Shown here: piece by piece, positions 17,098 through 26,224 of the stretch
How positions within the stretch are numbered: the first letter of the stretch is position 1
Layout of the letters: each line of letters starts with the position of its first letter
Origin: an uncultured bacterium
GTDB taxonomy: Bacteria > Margulisbacteria > WOR-1 > CAVSGV01
Assembly (NCBI GenBank): GCA_963699255.1
Contig: OY969425.1
Coordinates: forward strand, 1,140,001 to 1,172,000
DNA length: 32,000 nucleotides
Reading direction: 5' to 3'
Notes under the pieces: generated by a model
The model's database searches: none
The model's input: only the letters and a program-made list of their open reading frames with translations
Told to the model about the DNA's origin: nothing
Program-made: the position numbers and the translations under genes

Positions 17098-17385
17098 ATG
17101 AAAGTGACCGTTAAGGATGTTGAACACGTCGCAAAACTGGCGAGATTAGGCCTCACGCAAGAAGAAAAAAAGCGCTTCACGCAGCAGCTGTCAGGCATAC
17201 TGGAATACGCGGAAACCATAAACAAGCTCGACACAAAGAATGTCATTCCTACCTCTCACGCGATCCCGATGAAGAACGTTTTCAGGGAAGACAAAGTATC
17301 GGAATTCGAAGATCAAAAATCGATAATCGGCAACGCCCCCAGAGAAGAGAACGGCATGTTCTCCGTCCCCAGGATAATGGAGTAA
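17098..17385 (+). CDS. gatC: Glu/Asp-tRNA amidotransferase subunit C
   Basis: Trimmed from ORF 16897-17385. Reads [27 protein letters not shown]...; 95 aa. Confidence 0.9.
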   Translation: MKVTVKDVEHVAKLARLGLTQEEKKRFTQQLSGILEYAETINKLDTKNVIPTSHAIPMKNVFREDKVSEFEDQKSIIGNAPREENGMFSVPRIME

Positions 17386-17387
17386 AA

Positions 17388-18845
17388 ATGGAACTCTTCG
17401 AGCTTACCGCCCACGAGCTGCACTCAAAGCTGGACAAGAGAGAGGCCTCCGCCGAGGAGATCGTCAGGTCGGTCCTTCGAAGGATAAGCAGGGTTGAGAA
17501 CAGCGTGTCCGCTTTTATGACCGTCAATATTGACGAGGCCATATCAAGGGCGAAGGAGATCGATGAGCAGATAGCTTCGGGAAAACAGATAACTCCTTTA
17601 ACCGGGATACCCGTTGCGATAAAGGATAACCTCTGCACAAGGGGGATGCTGACCACCGCTTCATCAAAGATACTTCAGAATTACGTTCCGCCTTACAACG
17701 CGACCGTGGTCGAAAAAATACTGCAGGCGGGCGCGATCCCGATAGGCAAGACGAACCTTGATGAATTCGCCATGGGTTCTTCCACCGAAAATTCAGCTTA
17801 CAAGGTGACAAAAAATCCCTGGGACGTGAGCACAGTCCCCGGCGGGTCATCGGGCGGGTCGGCAGCCAGCATTGCCGCGGATGAAGCAATACTCGCTTTC
17901 GGATCGGATACCGGCGGATCGATAAGGCAGCCCGCTTCATTCTGCGGGGTCGTGGGACTTAAGCCGACCTACGGCCGGGTCTCAAGATACGGACTCATCG
18001 CTTTTGCCTCCTCTCTGGACCAGATAGGACCGCTGACAAAGGACGTGACCGACGCCGCGATCTTCATGAACATTATGGCGGGCCACGATGTAAAAGATTC
18101 AACTTCAGTCGATATTCCTGTGCCGGATTACAGAAAGGCCCTCATTGATGATGTAAAAAAGCTTAAGATCGGCATCATAAAAGAGCTTGTAGGCCAGGGA
18201 ATTGACGACGGGGTAAAAAAAGCCGTTCTGGAAGCCGCGGATGTCCTGAAAAAGCTGGGAGCCAGCGTTGAGCAGGTCTCAATGCCGACCCTTGCATACG
18301 GCGTCCCGACCTATTACATTCTAGCGACGGCCGAGGCAAGCTCGAACCTTGAAAGATATGACGGGGTAAAATACGGCTTAAGGTCGAACGAAGCGGACGA
18401 CCTTCTTTCAATGTATTACAACACCAGGCGCGAAGGCTTCGGCCCCGAGGTAAAGAGAAGGATAATGCTGGGCACCTATGCCCTCTCCGCCGGATATTAC
18501 GACGCTTATTATCTGAAGGCCCAGAAAGTAAGGACCTTGATAAAGAACGATTTCGATAAGGCGTTCTCTAAATTCGACATCCTCCTCTCCCCCACCGCGC
18601 CGAGCGTCGCGTTCAAGATAGGCGAGAAGGTCAACGATCCGCTTTCAATGTACCTGTCCGATATCGCCACGATACCGATCAATCTCGCCGGCATTCCGGC
18701 GATATCGATCCCGTGCGGTTTTGTGAATGACCTGCCCGTTGGACTCCAGATAATGGGAAAAGCATTCAGCGAAGAGTTGCTGTTCAGGATCGCTTATACT
18801 TTTGAACAGAATACGCAGTGGCACAAGAAGAGGCCTAAGCTATGA
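17388..18845 (+). CDS. gatA: Glu/Asp-tRNA amidotransferase subunit A
   Basis: ORF track. Amidase signature [16 protein letters not shown] and [15 protein letters not shown]. Confidence 0.95.
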   Translation: MELFELTAHELHSKLDKREASAEEIVRSVLRRISRVENSVSAFMTVNIDEAISRAKEIDEQIASGKQITPLTGIPVAIKDNLCTRGMLTTASSKILQNYVPPYNATVVEKILQAGAIPIGKTNLDEFAMGSSTENSAYKVTKNPWDVSTVPGGSSGGSAASIAADEAILAFGSDTGGSIRQPASFCGVVGLKPTYGRVSRYGLIAFASSLDQIGPLTKDVTDAAIFMNIMAGHDVKDSTSVDIPVPDYRKALIDDVKKLKIGIIKELVGQGIDDGVKKAVLEAADVLKKLGASVEQVSMPTLAYGVPTYYILATAEASSNLERYDGVKYGLRSNEADDLLSMYYNTRREGFGPEVKRRIMLGTYALSAGYYDAYYLKAQKVRTLIKNDFDKAFSKFDILLSPTAPSVAFKIGEKVNDPLSMYLSDIATIPINLAGIPAISIPCGFVNDLPVGLQIMGKAFSEELLFRIAYTFEQNTQWHKKRPKL

Positions 18846-20287
18846 AATACGAAACAGTAATCGGGCTGGAAGTGCACGCACAGCTCCTGACAGAGTCGAA
18901 GATATTCTGCGGCTGCTCCGCAAAATTCGGCGCGGCTCCCAACACGAACATCTGCCCTGTCTGCACCGGACAGCCGGGAGTTCTTCCTGTTTTGAACAAA
19001 AAGGTCGTAGATTTTGCAATAAAGACAGGGCTTGCGCTCAAGGCCAAGATAGCAAAGCATTCGATATTCGCCAGAAAGAACTATTTCTATCCGGACATTC
19101 CGAAGGGTTACCAGGTATCGCAGTATGAACTTCCCATCGCGACGGCGGGGCAGCTTGACATAAACGTCGACGGAAAAGCGAAGGAGATCGGGATAACGCG
19201 TGTGCATCTGGAGGAGGACGCGGGAAAGCTGGTGCATCAGGGCGCGGCGGGACTGAAAGGTTCGACCGGAAGCCTCGTCGATTTCAACAGGACCGGAGTT
19301 CCTCTGATGGAGATAGTGAGCGAACCCGATATCCGCTCGCCGGAAGAAGCAAAAGTATACATGCAGGAGCTGAGGAACATCCTGATGTCATTGGGTGTCT
19401 GCGACGGGAACATGGAGGAAGGAAGCCTGCGGTGCGACGCGAACGTATCCCTGAGGCCGGTAGGGCAAAAAGAGTTCGGCGTTAAGACCGAAGTAAAGAA
19501 CATGAACTCGTTCAAGGCGGTCCAGAAAGCTCTGGCGGCGGAAGTGGTAAGGCAGACGCAGATACTTGAAGAAGGCGGGAAGCTCCTGCAGGAATCCAGA
19601 TTATATGATGACTCGACCGACACGACGGTCCCGATGAGGAGCAAGGAAGAAGCCCATGACTACCGATATTTCCCGGAGCCGGACCTTGTGCCGGTCGAAA
19701 TAGATGCCAAATGGATAGAAGATATCGGCAAAACGATTGGAGAACTTCCTCAGGCGAAAAAAGCCAGATACATGAAAGATCTCGGCCTGCCCGATCTCGA
19801 CGCAACGATACTTGTCGATGACAAGTCCCTGGCTGATTTCTTTGAAGAAAGCATCAAGCTTCTTAACGAGCCGAAAGAAATAAGCAAATGGCTGGTCGGC
19901 GATGTATTAGCTTACATGAATGAAAATAAAACGAACATCTCCCAGCTTGATCTTACGCCCTCAAATCTGATCGAGATGATCAAACTCATCGCCAAGGGCA
20001 CCATAAGCAGAAAAACGGCAAAGGAAGTGTTGATCAAGGTGCTTGATACGGGAAAGAGCGTGAATGATATCGTTGCCGAATCCGGCGCGACCCAGATATC
20101 GGATGAAGGCGAGATCATTAAGATAATAGCTGATATCATCAGGGATAATCCAAAATCTGTCGCTGATTATAAAGGCGGCAAGGAACAGGCGCTTTTCCAT
20201 CTTATGGGGCAGGTCATGAAGGCCACAAAAGGCAGGGCCAATCCGGAAACAACAAAAGCTATTCTGATCAAGGAGCTTAAGAAGTAA
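18842..20287 (+). CDS. gatB: Glu/Asp-tRNA amidotransferase subunit B
   Basis: ORF track. Reads [15 protein letters not shown]...[19 protein letters not shown] overlap with gatA. C-terminal YqeY/GatB domain. Confidence 0.95.
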   Translation: MKYETVIGLEVHAQLLTESKIFCGCSAKFGAAPNTNICPVCTGQPGVLPVLNKKVVDFAIKTGLALKAKIAKHSIFARKNYFYPDIPKGYQVSQYELPIATAGQLDINVDGKAKEIGITRVHLEEDAGKLVHQGAAGLKGSTGSLVDFNRTGVPLMEIVSEPDIRSPEEAKVYMQELRNILMSLGVCDGNMEEGSLRCDANVSLRPVGQKEFGVKTEVKNMNSFKAVQKALAAEVVRQTQILEEGGKLLQESRLYDDSTDTTVPMRSKEEAHDYRYFPEPDLVPVEIDAKWIEDIGKTIGELPQAKKARYMKDLGLPDLDATILVDDKSLADFFEESIKLLNEPKEISKWLVGDVLAYMNENKTNISQLDLTPSNLIEMIKLIAKGTISRKTAKEVLIKVLDTGKSVNDIVAESGATQISDEGEIIKIIADIIRDNPKSVADYKGGKEQALFHLMGQVMKATKGRANPETTKAILIKELKK

Positions 20288-20307
20288 GCTGAAAGGATCG
20301 TGAAGGT

Positions 20308-20832
20308 ATGGATCAATGGCTTATAGACGCGATCACCAAGCTGGATCCTGATGAGACCGCGAAGATAAAGTTGTTATATCCCCCTCTCCAAGTCAAAGCT
20401 TACAAACTAACTATTGATGTCCACAAGCACGGATTAAAGGGCGGTGTTTTCTGTTCTTATCGCAGTTTCCAGGAGCAGGCGGCGACGTACGCGAAAGGCA
20501 GGGATGCGAAGGGGAACATTGTGAACCCAAAGCTGGTGGTCTCGAACACGAAGCCGGGGTACAGCTGGCATCAATGGGGGCTTGCCATTGACTGGGTGTT
20601 CAAGGACGCGAAGGGTGCGTGGACGTGGGATAATTCGCAGCCATGGGCGGAGTTAGGAGCGATAGGAAGGCAATATATGTCGTGGGGCGGAGATTGGCCG
20701 AAGTTCCCCGACAGGCCGCACTTTGAGAAAACATATGATCTGGATATTGAGAAGATCAACCAGGTCTATATTAAGAACGGTAAAAGTCTCGCGGCGGTGT
20801 GGAAGTATATGGATAATGTCATAAAAGCATAA
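20308..20832 (+). CDS. M15-family (VanY / phage-endolysin-type) zinc peptidoglycan peptidase, 174 aa
   Basis: ORF track. SYRSFQEQ, SWHQWGLAID (H, D ligands) and DRPHFE (H ligand). No signal peptide. Confidence 0.85.
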   Translation: MDQWLIDAITKLDPDETAKIKLLYPPLQVKAYKLTIDVHKHGLKGGVFCSYRSFQEQAATYAKGRDAKGNIVNPKLVVSNTKPGYSWHQWGLAIDWVFKDAKGAWTWDNSQPWAELGAIGRQYMSWGGDWPKFPDRPHFEKTYDLDIEKINQVYIKNGKSLAAVWKYMDNVIKA

Positions 20833-20897
20833 GAAGGCGTGTAATAAAATAGATTTTTTAAGGCCTCCTGACAAATAACAATAAGTGAGGTGAAATA

Positions 20898-21506
20898 ATG
20901 CACGTATCTATATTAATATCAATAGTAGCCTTATTTCTATCAGGGTATACATTTTACTTTTCGTTTATAAGACCATGTAAAATTGATGTTTATGTAGGCG
21001 ACAAAATAGGCATAGTTAAATCGTCCGGTGGAGACTATTCGAAGGTTCACCTTAACTGCAACTTTGTTAACAATACCCCAAGTAATGGCGTGATCGATAA
21101 AATATTATTGGAAATTGAAGCTCCTGATAAAAAGAAATATCAATTTGACTGGGATGAATATTATAAATATGTGGGAAATCAAGGCGTCGAACCCGAATCT
21201 TTATCGTTTCCTATTGCCATTAATTCAAAGAATTCTGTTTATAAAGGCATTCAATTCAAAATGCGCGATCACTCAGAAATCATAGGTTCCAGAACTGTTT
21301 CGGAAACGAGCATATCATGGACAACCGGAAAATACACACTTACTATCAAGGGCTGGTCAAATAAATCCAGCATAAATGAAAAGCCAAATATTATTAAGCT
21401 TTTTCAAATAGATATTAATGCAATTAAATTAGATGAAATTACTCATATAAATGCAGGCGAGCACGCAATGGTTGTATTTATTCCTCTGTCAGGTTGGGAT
21501 GAATAA
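20898..21506 (+). CDS. Single-pass membrane protein with beta-rich extracytoplasmic domain, unknown function, 202 aa
   Basis: ORF track. GAGGTG SD upstream. N-terminal TM ILISIVALFLSGYTFYFSFI. AT-rich coding sequence. Confidence 0.6.
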   Translation: MHVSILISIVALFLSGYTFYFSFIRPCKIDVYVGDKIGIVKSSGGDYSKVHLNCNFVNNTPSNGVIDKILLEIEAPDKKKYQFDWDEYYKYVGNQGVEPESLSFPIAINSKNSVYKGIQFKMRDHSEIIGSRTVSETSISWTTGKYTLTIKGWSNKSSINEKPNIIKLFQIDINAIKLDEITHINAGEHAMVVFIPLSGWDE

Positions 21507-22431
21507 TAGATTACAAAAAGACAAACAGATAAATTCCATTGATGCCATCATCAATAAACTAGAAAAGATTATTGGGTCCTTTAGCGAACAGGAGATTAAT
21601 AAGCTTCACAGCTTCTCTTCAACCGCAGATGAAAGAGCAAAGGGGTTTTATGCTGGTTCAAAAGAATATTGTGATTATATTACGAACAACATTATAGGCA
21701 TTTTAAAGGGGATAATTAAACCAAACAAAAGAGAGACGCTATTAATCGGATTGTTTGGTCGATTTTATGGGAGGCTTAGAGATGCTGTTCAGCTAAATAA
21801 TTGGATATATTTCGAGTCTACTGCATCAGCAACTAGGACAATGTTTGAGATTCTTGTTGATATGATATTAATAAGTAAGGACACGTCCTCTGTTAGCATT
21901 GATAAATACTTCGAATATATAGATCTGAAGAAATATGATTACATGAAAAAGTATTATGAGTATATTGATGCGAAAAAGTGTAGCAAAAATGAATTTTATT
22001 ATAGCGCAAAAGAATATGTTGATAATATAAACAAATCAAAGGATGTTGCTAGCACTATTAAACAAGTATGGCGAGCGGAAAAACTCCCAAAAACTTGGAC
22101 AGGGAATGACCTTGCGACTAACGCAGAAAATGCCGAACTAAGTGAAATATATAGGTATCTATATGCAAGATTGTGTTGGCAAACCCATTCGGGCTTAACG
22201 CATGTTTTAGGGTTTAAACAAGACTACTTTATCAATACATATGGCGAAGCCCACCTTAACATTCAAGCATTTACTATGAGAATGTTGCGAATTTTTATTG
22301 GCGAATTTAAACTCGACAAAGCAATGCCTAATCTTATGAAATCAATAGAAACCGTTGAACAAGTCCCAGCAATTTCGTTTATCATACAAGATCTTAATAA
22401 AATGAATCAAGCTACAGTTAAACCAAAATAA
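21499..22431 (+). CDS. Alpha-helical protein with Rx5H motif; possible HEPN/DUF5677-like, ~310 aa
   Basis: I trimmed the ORF-track frame to MNNRLQKDK. Its ATG overlaps the upstream stop by 8 nt (ATGAATAA). It contains LFGRFYGRLRDAVQL...TMFEILVDMIL and YARLCWQTHSGL (R at 22168-70, H at 22186-88). The family assignment is from memory and unverified. Confidence 0.5.
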   Translation: MNNRLQKDKQINSIDAIINKLEKIIGSFSEQEINKLHSFSSTADERAKGFYAGSKEYCDYITNNIIGILKGIIKPNKRETLLIGLFGRFYGRLRDAVQLNNWIYFESTASATRTMFEILVDMILISKDTSSVSIDKYFEYIDLKKYDYMKKYYEYIDAKKCSKNEFYYSAKEYVDNINKSKDVASTIKQVWRAEKLPKTWTGNDLATNAENAELSEIYRYLYARLCWQTHSGLTHVLGFKQDYFINTYGEAHLNIQAFTMRMLRIFIGEFKLDKAMPNLMKSIETVEQVPAISFIIQDLNKMNQATVKPK

Positions 22432-22685
22432 TTCAATCTAACATTTATCTAATACTTCGTGTCATTTTTAACTGATTTCAACCGACTTACTCCGACTTTA
22501 CATAACCCAAAGGTTGGCTGGCACACCCTTTCCGCATTTGGCCCCAGAACATTGATCTCCCCTTCCCTTCGCCATCTTGGATTACCAGCAAAACTTTAAA
22601 AAATGTGAAATTTTCAACATAATTTGCCGAAATACCACAGTGAAGAGGAATTTGAGCCCGAATAATAAGTATAGGAGGAATTAAT

Positions 22686-23165
22686 GTGGTCAGCATAAAG
22701 CCTGTCTATGTAAGATTACGAGATCATAGTACATTTCCTAAGGCCGCCTATGGCAAAATAAGCCGGCAGCTGTTAAGCAGTGTTTCCTGCCTGCCCAAGG
22801 ACATCCTGGAAAAGATACACTTTCCCCCTACCGTCGTTCGATTGCCAATTACACTGCTGGAAAAAGCCTTAAAAGACATCAGGCCCGAAACCCCCGTAAA
22901 TTTCGGATATTATTCCGATAAGCCGTCAACAACCTTTAAGGCGGCTGTCGAACTAATGAATGCTCACTTAAAATTGTCGAACGCGGTGATTGCAGTAAAT
23001 ATTGATGGTAAGACAGCCGCACTCAATGAGAGATGGGTAGGCGCTCCAATGCAGCTGAATTTCTACAGACTATTCGATAATAACGGGAAGTTAGAGAATA
23101 CGAACGGTGAAGACACTATACACATCGACCTGACCAGCATGCGCATCGCAAAGTTAGGTGCGTGA
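22686..23165 (+). CDS. Hypothetical protein, paralog 1 of a tandem pair, 159 aa, GTG start
   Basis: ORF track. AGGAGG lies 7 nt upstream of GTG. Shared motif (V/I)SCLPxxILEKxxFP...SxAVIAV. Confidence 0.6.
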   Translation: MVSIKPVYVRLRDHSTFPKAAYGKISRQLLSSVSCLPKDILEKIHFPPTVVRLPITLLEKALKDIRPETPVNFGYYSDKPSTTFKAAVELMNAHLKLSNAVIAVNIDGKTAALNERWVGAPMQLNFYRLFDNNGKLENTNGEDTIHIDLTSMRIAKLGA

Positions 23166-23183
23166 AATTAATTCAAAAACTCG

Positions 23184-23197
23184 CCGATATATATCGG
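23184..23197. promoter_or_regulatory. Perfect 14-bp palindrome CCGATATATATCGG between the two paralogs
   Basis: It is exactly self-complementary and lies 5 nt upstream of the AAGGAGG SD of 23213. Confidence 0.4.
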
Positions 23198-23212
23198 TAA
23201 GGAGGGATCAAT

Positions 23213-23701
23213 GTGAAGATCGGAGCGGATCATGTATATTTTAAACTGCTCAATCAAACCGGTTTTCCTAAACAACCGTACTGCAATCTGACCTCCAGGC
23301 TGCTGGGACATATTTCCTGCCTGCCCGGGAACATCCTGGAAAAGATGCGTTTTCCCGACAGTAATTCCCGATTTCCATCAACGCCGCTGGAAAATGCCCT
23401 AAAAGCAATCACGCTTCATACGCCCATAACTTTCCCCGAAGATCCCAATAAAGCACAACATAGAACGTTCCTTTCGGCCATTAACCTGTTCAAAAAGCAC
23501 ATAGATCTGTCGAGCGCAGTTATCGCAGTTACGATAGGACCAAAGACGAACGAACTTGGCGAGACATGGAACGACGCTCCCCTCCAGCTGAAATTCTCCA
23601 GGACACATACTAATATTTACGGCGGCTTAAATGACAGTAGACGCAAGGAAACTATCTGCGTGGACCTGAACGGCCTGCGCATAGAAAATAAAAACAGGTA
23701 A
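23213..23701 (+). CDS. Hypothetical protein, paralog 2 of a tandem pair, 162 aa, GTG start
   Basis: ORF track. AAGGAGG SD upstream. Roughly 30% identical to paralog 1 by eye. Confidence 0.6.
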   Translation: MKIGADHVYFKLLNQTGFPKQPYCNLTSRLLGHISCLPGNILEKMRFPDSNSRFPSTPLENALKAITLHTPITFPEDPNKAQHRTFLSAINLFKKHIDLSSAVIAVTIGPKTNELGETWNDAPLQLKFSRTHTNIYGGLNDSRRKETICVDLNGLRIENKNR

Positions 23702-23841
23702 AGACCCTTCATTCCCCTATTTTGTCTCCCGTATCTTTGAAAACACTACAAATCAACTTTACAATGAACGCCGTATATAAAAAGAACGGCAACGGTCTTG
23801 CTGCTGTATGGAAATATATGGATAGCGTCATGAACGGCTGA
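23701..23841 (+). pseudogene. 3'-terminal remnant of a second, diverged M15 peptidase gene
   Basis: The frame ending at TGA 23839-41 reads ...NAVYKKNGNGLAAVWKYMDSVMNG*. The intact gene ends QVYIKNGKSLAAVWKYMDNVIKA*. By hand count, 15 of 22 aa and 51 of 69 nt are identical. No catalytic part is present. Confidence 0.6.
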
Positions 23842-23848
23842 GGGCTCC

Positions 23849-24952
23849 TCAGTCCGGAAAACCTAAAACATAGGGATACAATTGCCTTGCTAATTTCGAT
23901 TGAGCCAGCCTCAACGCGAAATTCTCCGACCATATTTCCTGCAATGATCTTTGTCCGTCTATACTGCCAAGGTTTACCGATGGAATTGACGCGAATGACG
24001 GGATCTTTTTCCTGAACTCATCACTAAAATGCACCATCTGGCTTATTCCTACGCTCCCGTCCGCGGTTATTCTCATTCCGGCGCCGCGGTAATATTCGGA
24101 AAATATAGTAATGGGCATGGCTGACGGCATTTTCGTCTTTTTCATGGACAATGGGCAGCTTATAAAAGGCAGGAAGCGGGGGGTTGTTATTGTTATGTCA
24201 TTCAGTTTCTCCTCCAGATCGGACAGGTCATCAGGGCCCACAAATCCTACTTTGGAATAAGCATTCGTTCCAAGAAGTTTGAACGGAGTGACATGATAAT
24301 GCCTCAAACCGCATCCCGCCAGATACGCCGCGAATTCCGGAATATATGTCAGATTGTTCTTGTATAAAGTGGAAAGGACGACCAGCTGGTTCCCTTTCTT
24401 AAGCAAAGAAGGCAGAAGCCAGTTCATGACTTTGCGGTATTGTATCGGATTCCTGTACTTTGCGTTGATGTCCTCAGGCCCGTCCAGGCTTACAATGATC
24501 TTAGACCTGGGATTGTCTAACATCGACAATACACGTTCTTCGTTCAGCCGCATGCCGTTCGTTATCAGATTCGCCGAGGTGAATTCCTTTTGTGTCGCGT
24601 AGTCCCACAATTCGTAGAAGTGAGGATGGAGCATGGCTTCCCCTCCCCTTATCGCCAGTTCAAAAGCCCGCAGCTCGTCAGCTTCATCGATGACCCCCTT
24701 TACCGCATCGTCCCGCATTATGATCCGCCCTTCCATGCCGCTCTGCGAACAATACGAACATTTTGAATCGCAGCCCCGGAATATCTCAAGCACTATGCGG
24801 ACCGGGAATTTCAGTTTTGCGGGATCAAATTTATTGTGCCGGCCTGCCAGGTCCTTTACGGACACCAGCCTGTCCAGGGGATCGAAGGTCAATTGGATAT
24901 TGCCGTCTCTCCTTGCACGAAGGTAATTATTATCTTTTATCCTAATGTCCAA
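23849..24952 (-). CDS. Radical SAM enzyme, 367 aa, unknown substrate
   Basis: ORF track. CX3CX2C cluster motif GCDSKCSYC and GGEAMLHP. No Cys-rich SPASM-type C-terminus. Confidence 0.85.
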   Translation of the reverse strand: MDIRIKDNNYLRARRDGNIQLTFDPLDRLVSVKDLAGRHNKFDPAKLKFPVRIVLEIFRGCDSKCSYCSQSGMEGRIIMRDDAVKGVIDEADELRAFELAIRGGEAMLHPHFYELWDYATQKEFTSANLITNGMRLNEERVLSMLDNPRSKIIVSLDGPEDINAKYRNPIQYRKVMNWLLPSLLKKGNQLVVLSTLYKNNLTYIPEFAAYLAGCGLRHYHVTPFKLLGTNAYSKVGFVGPDDLSDLEEKLNDITITTPRFLPFISCPLSMKKTKMPSAMPITIFSEYYRGAGMRITADGSVGISQMVHFSDEFRKKIPSFASIPSVNLGSIDGQRSLQEIWSENFALRLAQSKLARQLYPYVLGFPD

Positions 24953-26090
24953 CGTTCTGCTCCATCATGCGAAACAGTTTAATAAAATATCCCTGGGGGG
25001 TAAGCATGTCTTCCCACAACAAACGGTTGCTTTCCTGCATCTCCTTGAATCCATTGGATGAAATACCGCCATGAAAATCTGAAATGATCTTTGCGATGTT
25101 CTTTACGTCCCCGTGTTCGACCCAGACGCAGTGTTTGCGCCAGTCTATCTCCGTCGGCAATGGCAGAGGGGAATCGGTATTCACGAACACAGGAATACGG
25201 CCGGATGCCAGGACTTCGTAAAAACGGTAGGAATAATTGCCCTTGCCTCTTACGCACAGCACGTAATCGCTCCCGAAAATGCTGTCGTAGTATTCTTTTC
25301 GCACGCGCGCCAGTCCCCGTGCGTCGCTTTCCCTGTCTATACCCGCGCAGTAACCGCTTTTGTACGCGATGTCCGTGGATACGTTGCCCGCCGACTCCAA
25401 AAAGCCAAGGACCGTGCCTCTGAAAGAATAAATACGGTCGTATTTATCCTGCAGTCCCATGCCGGAGAAAGCGTTCTCCACCGACAGGTGGAAATCATCC
25501 AGCTGTCTTGCCGTCAGCGGCGTAGTGTTAGCCCCCCCACAGAAGCTTATATTTGGTGTTCTGCTCCATTTTCTTATCTGCGGCACTCCGTTGCTGTATA
25601 CAGCGAGAGGGTCTCCCACGAATCCTGGCATGGAATATTCATTCGGCATGCGTCTTGAGTCGTTGAACGAAGTACGGATTACCACGACACTGTCCATCCA
25701 TGGAGAACCGGCGTCAGAGAATATCGGGATCGGCGAATCGTCGTCGGAATTATACTGGACCATTATCTTTTTGTTCACTACTTTCATTTCGTTCAGGAAC
25801 CGCAAAGCCAGGCTGGTCGCATCCTCCCGCAGGTAATATTTCCAATCGGAAGGCAGGACAGCCCAGTCAGCATTTCGTTTGTCATCGGTATATTCAAAAT
25901 GTTTATTCCAGTTGGCGACAAGTCCGGCAAACCTGTCCATGTCACGGAACTCCGACTTGTCTTTGAAATCAAATTTGTTTTTATGGCGCATCTGCCACAA
26001 TGGATGCAGAATAAATGAAGGGGGCGTCGCCTTTTTGGGTTTGGCGGGCCAATAAGTGTAGAGCCGTATTTTGGAACTTTCTAAAGTCAT
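24942..26090 (-). CDS. Exostosin (GT47)-like glycosyltransferase, 382 aa
   Basis: ORF track. LCVRGKGNYSYRFYEVLASGRIPVFVNTDSPLPLPTEIDWRKHCVWV matches the exostosin-family C-terminal signature as I remember it. Its 3' end overlaps the radical SAM start by 11 nt. Confidence 0.6.
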   Translation of the reverse strand: MTLESSKIRLYTYWPAKPKKATPPSFILHPLWQMRHKNKFDFKDKSEFRDMDRFAGLVANWNKHFEYTDDKRNADWAVLPSDWKYYLREDATSLALRFLNEMKVVNKKIMVQYNSDDDSPIPIFSDAGSPWMDSVVVIRTSFNDSRRMPNEYSMPGFVGDPLAVYSNGVPQIRKWSRTPNISFCGGANTTPLTARQLDDFHLSVENAFSGMGLQDKYDRIYSFRGTVLGFLESAGNVSTDIAYKSGYCAGIDRESDARGLARVRKEYYDSIFGSDYVLCVRGKGNYSYRFYEVLASGRIPVFVNTDSPLPLPTEIDWRKHCVWVEHGDVKNIAKIISDFHGGISSNGFKEMQESNRLLWEDMLTPQGYFIKLFRMMEQNVGH

Positions 26091-26224
26091 TTTTTGATCA
26101 CCCTTATGTTATCGAAAATATCCGCACAAGATTTCAAATTAAGTGAAATTTCCGGATCATTCCTTCGATGACTACAGGTAATATCGCGTGCGTCTTGGCA
26201 CATAATTTTAAAGGGGGAATGAAC

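Noticed and set aside
21451-21498. The longer ORF-track start (MQASTQWLYLFLCQVG...) for the Rx5H protein
   Set aside because: This extension lies wholly inside the upstream gene in another frame. ATG 21499, within the ATGAATAA stop/start overlap, gives a sensible N-terminus.
22519-22535. Sigma-54-like TGGCAC upstream of the 22686 paralog; a second TGGCAC lies at 26196-26201 upstream of the TPR gene
   Set aside because: The required GG-N10-GC spacing fails in both. The -12 position reads CC at 22532-33 and TA at 26209-10.
22604-22619. CRP/FNR-like TGTGA-N6-CAACA site
   Set aside because: The right half matches only 3 of 5 positions of TCACA, and the site overlaps the candidate -10 (CATAAT 22618-22623). 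This is too weak to call.
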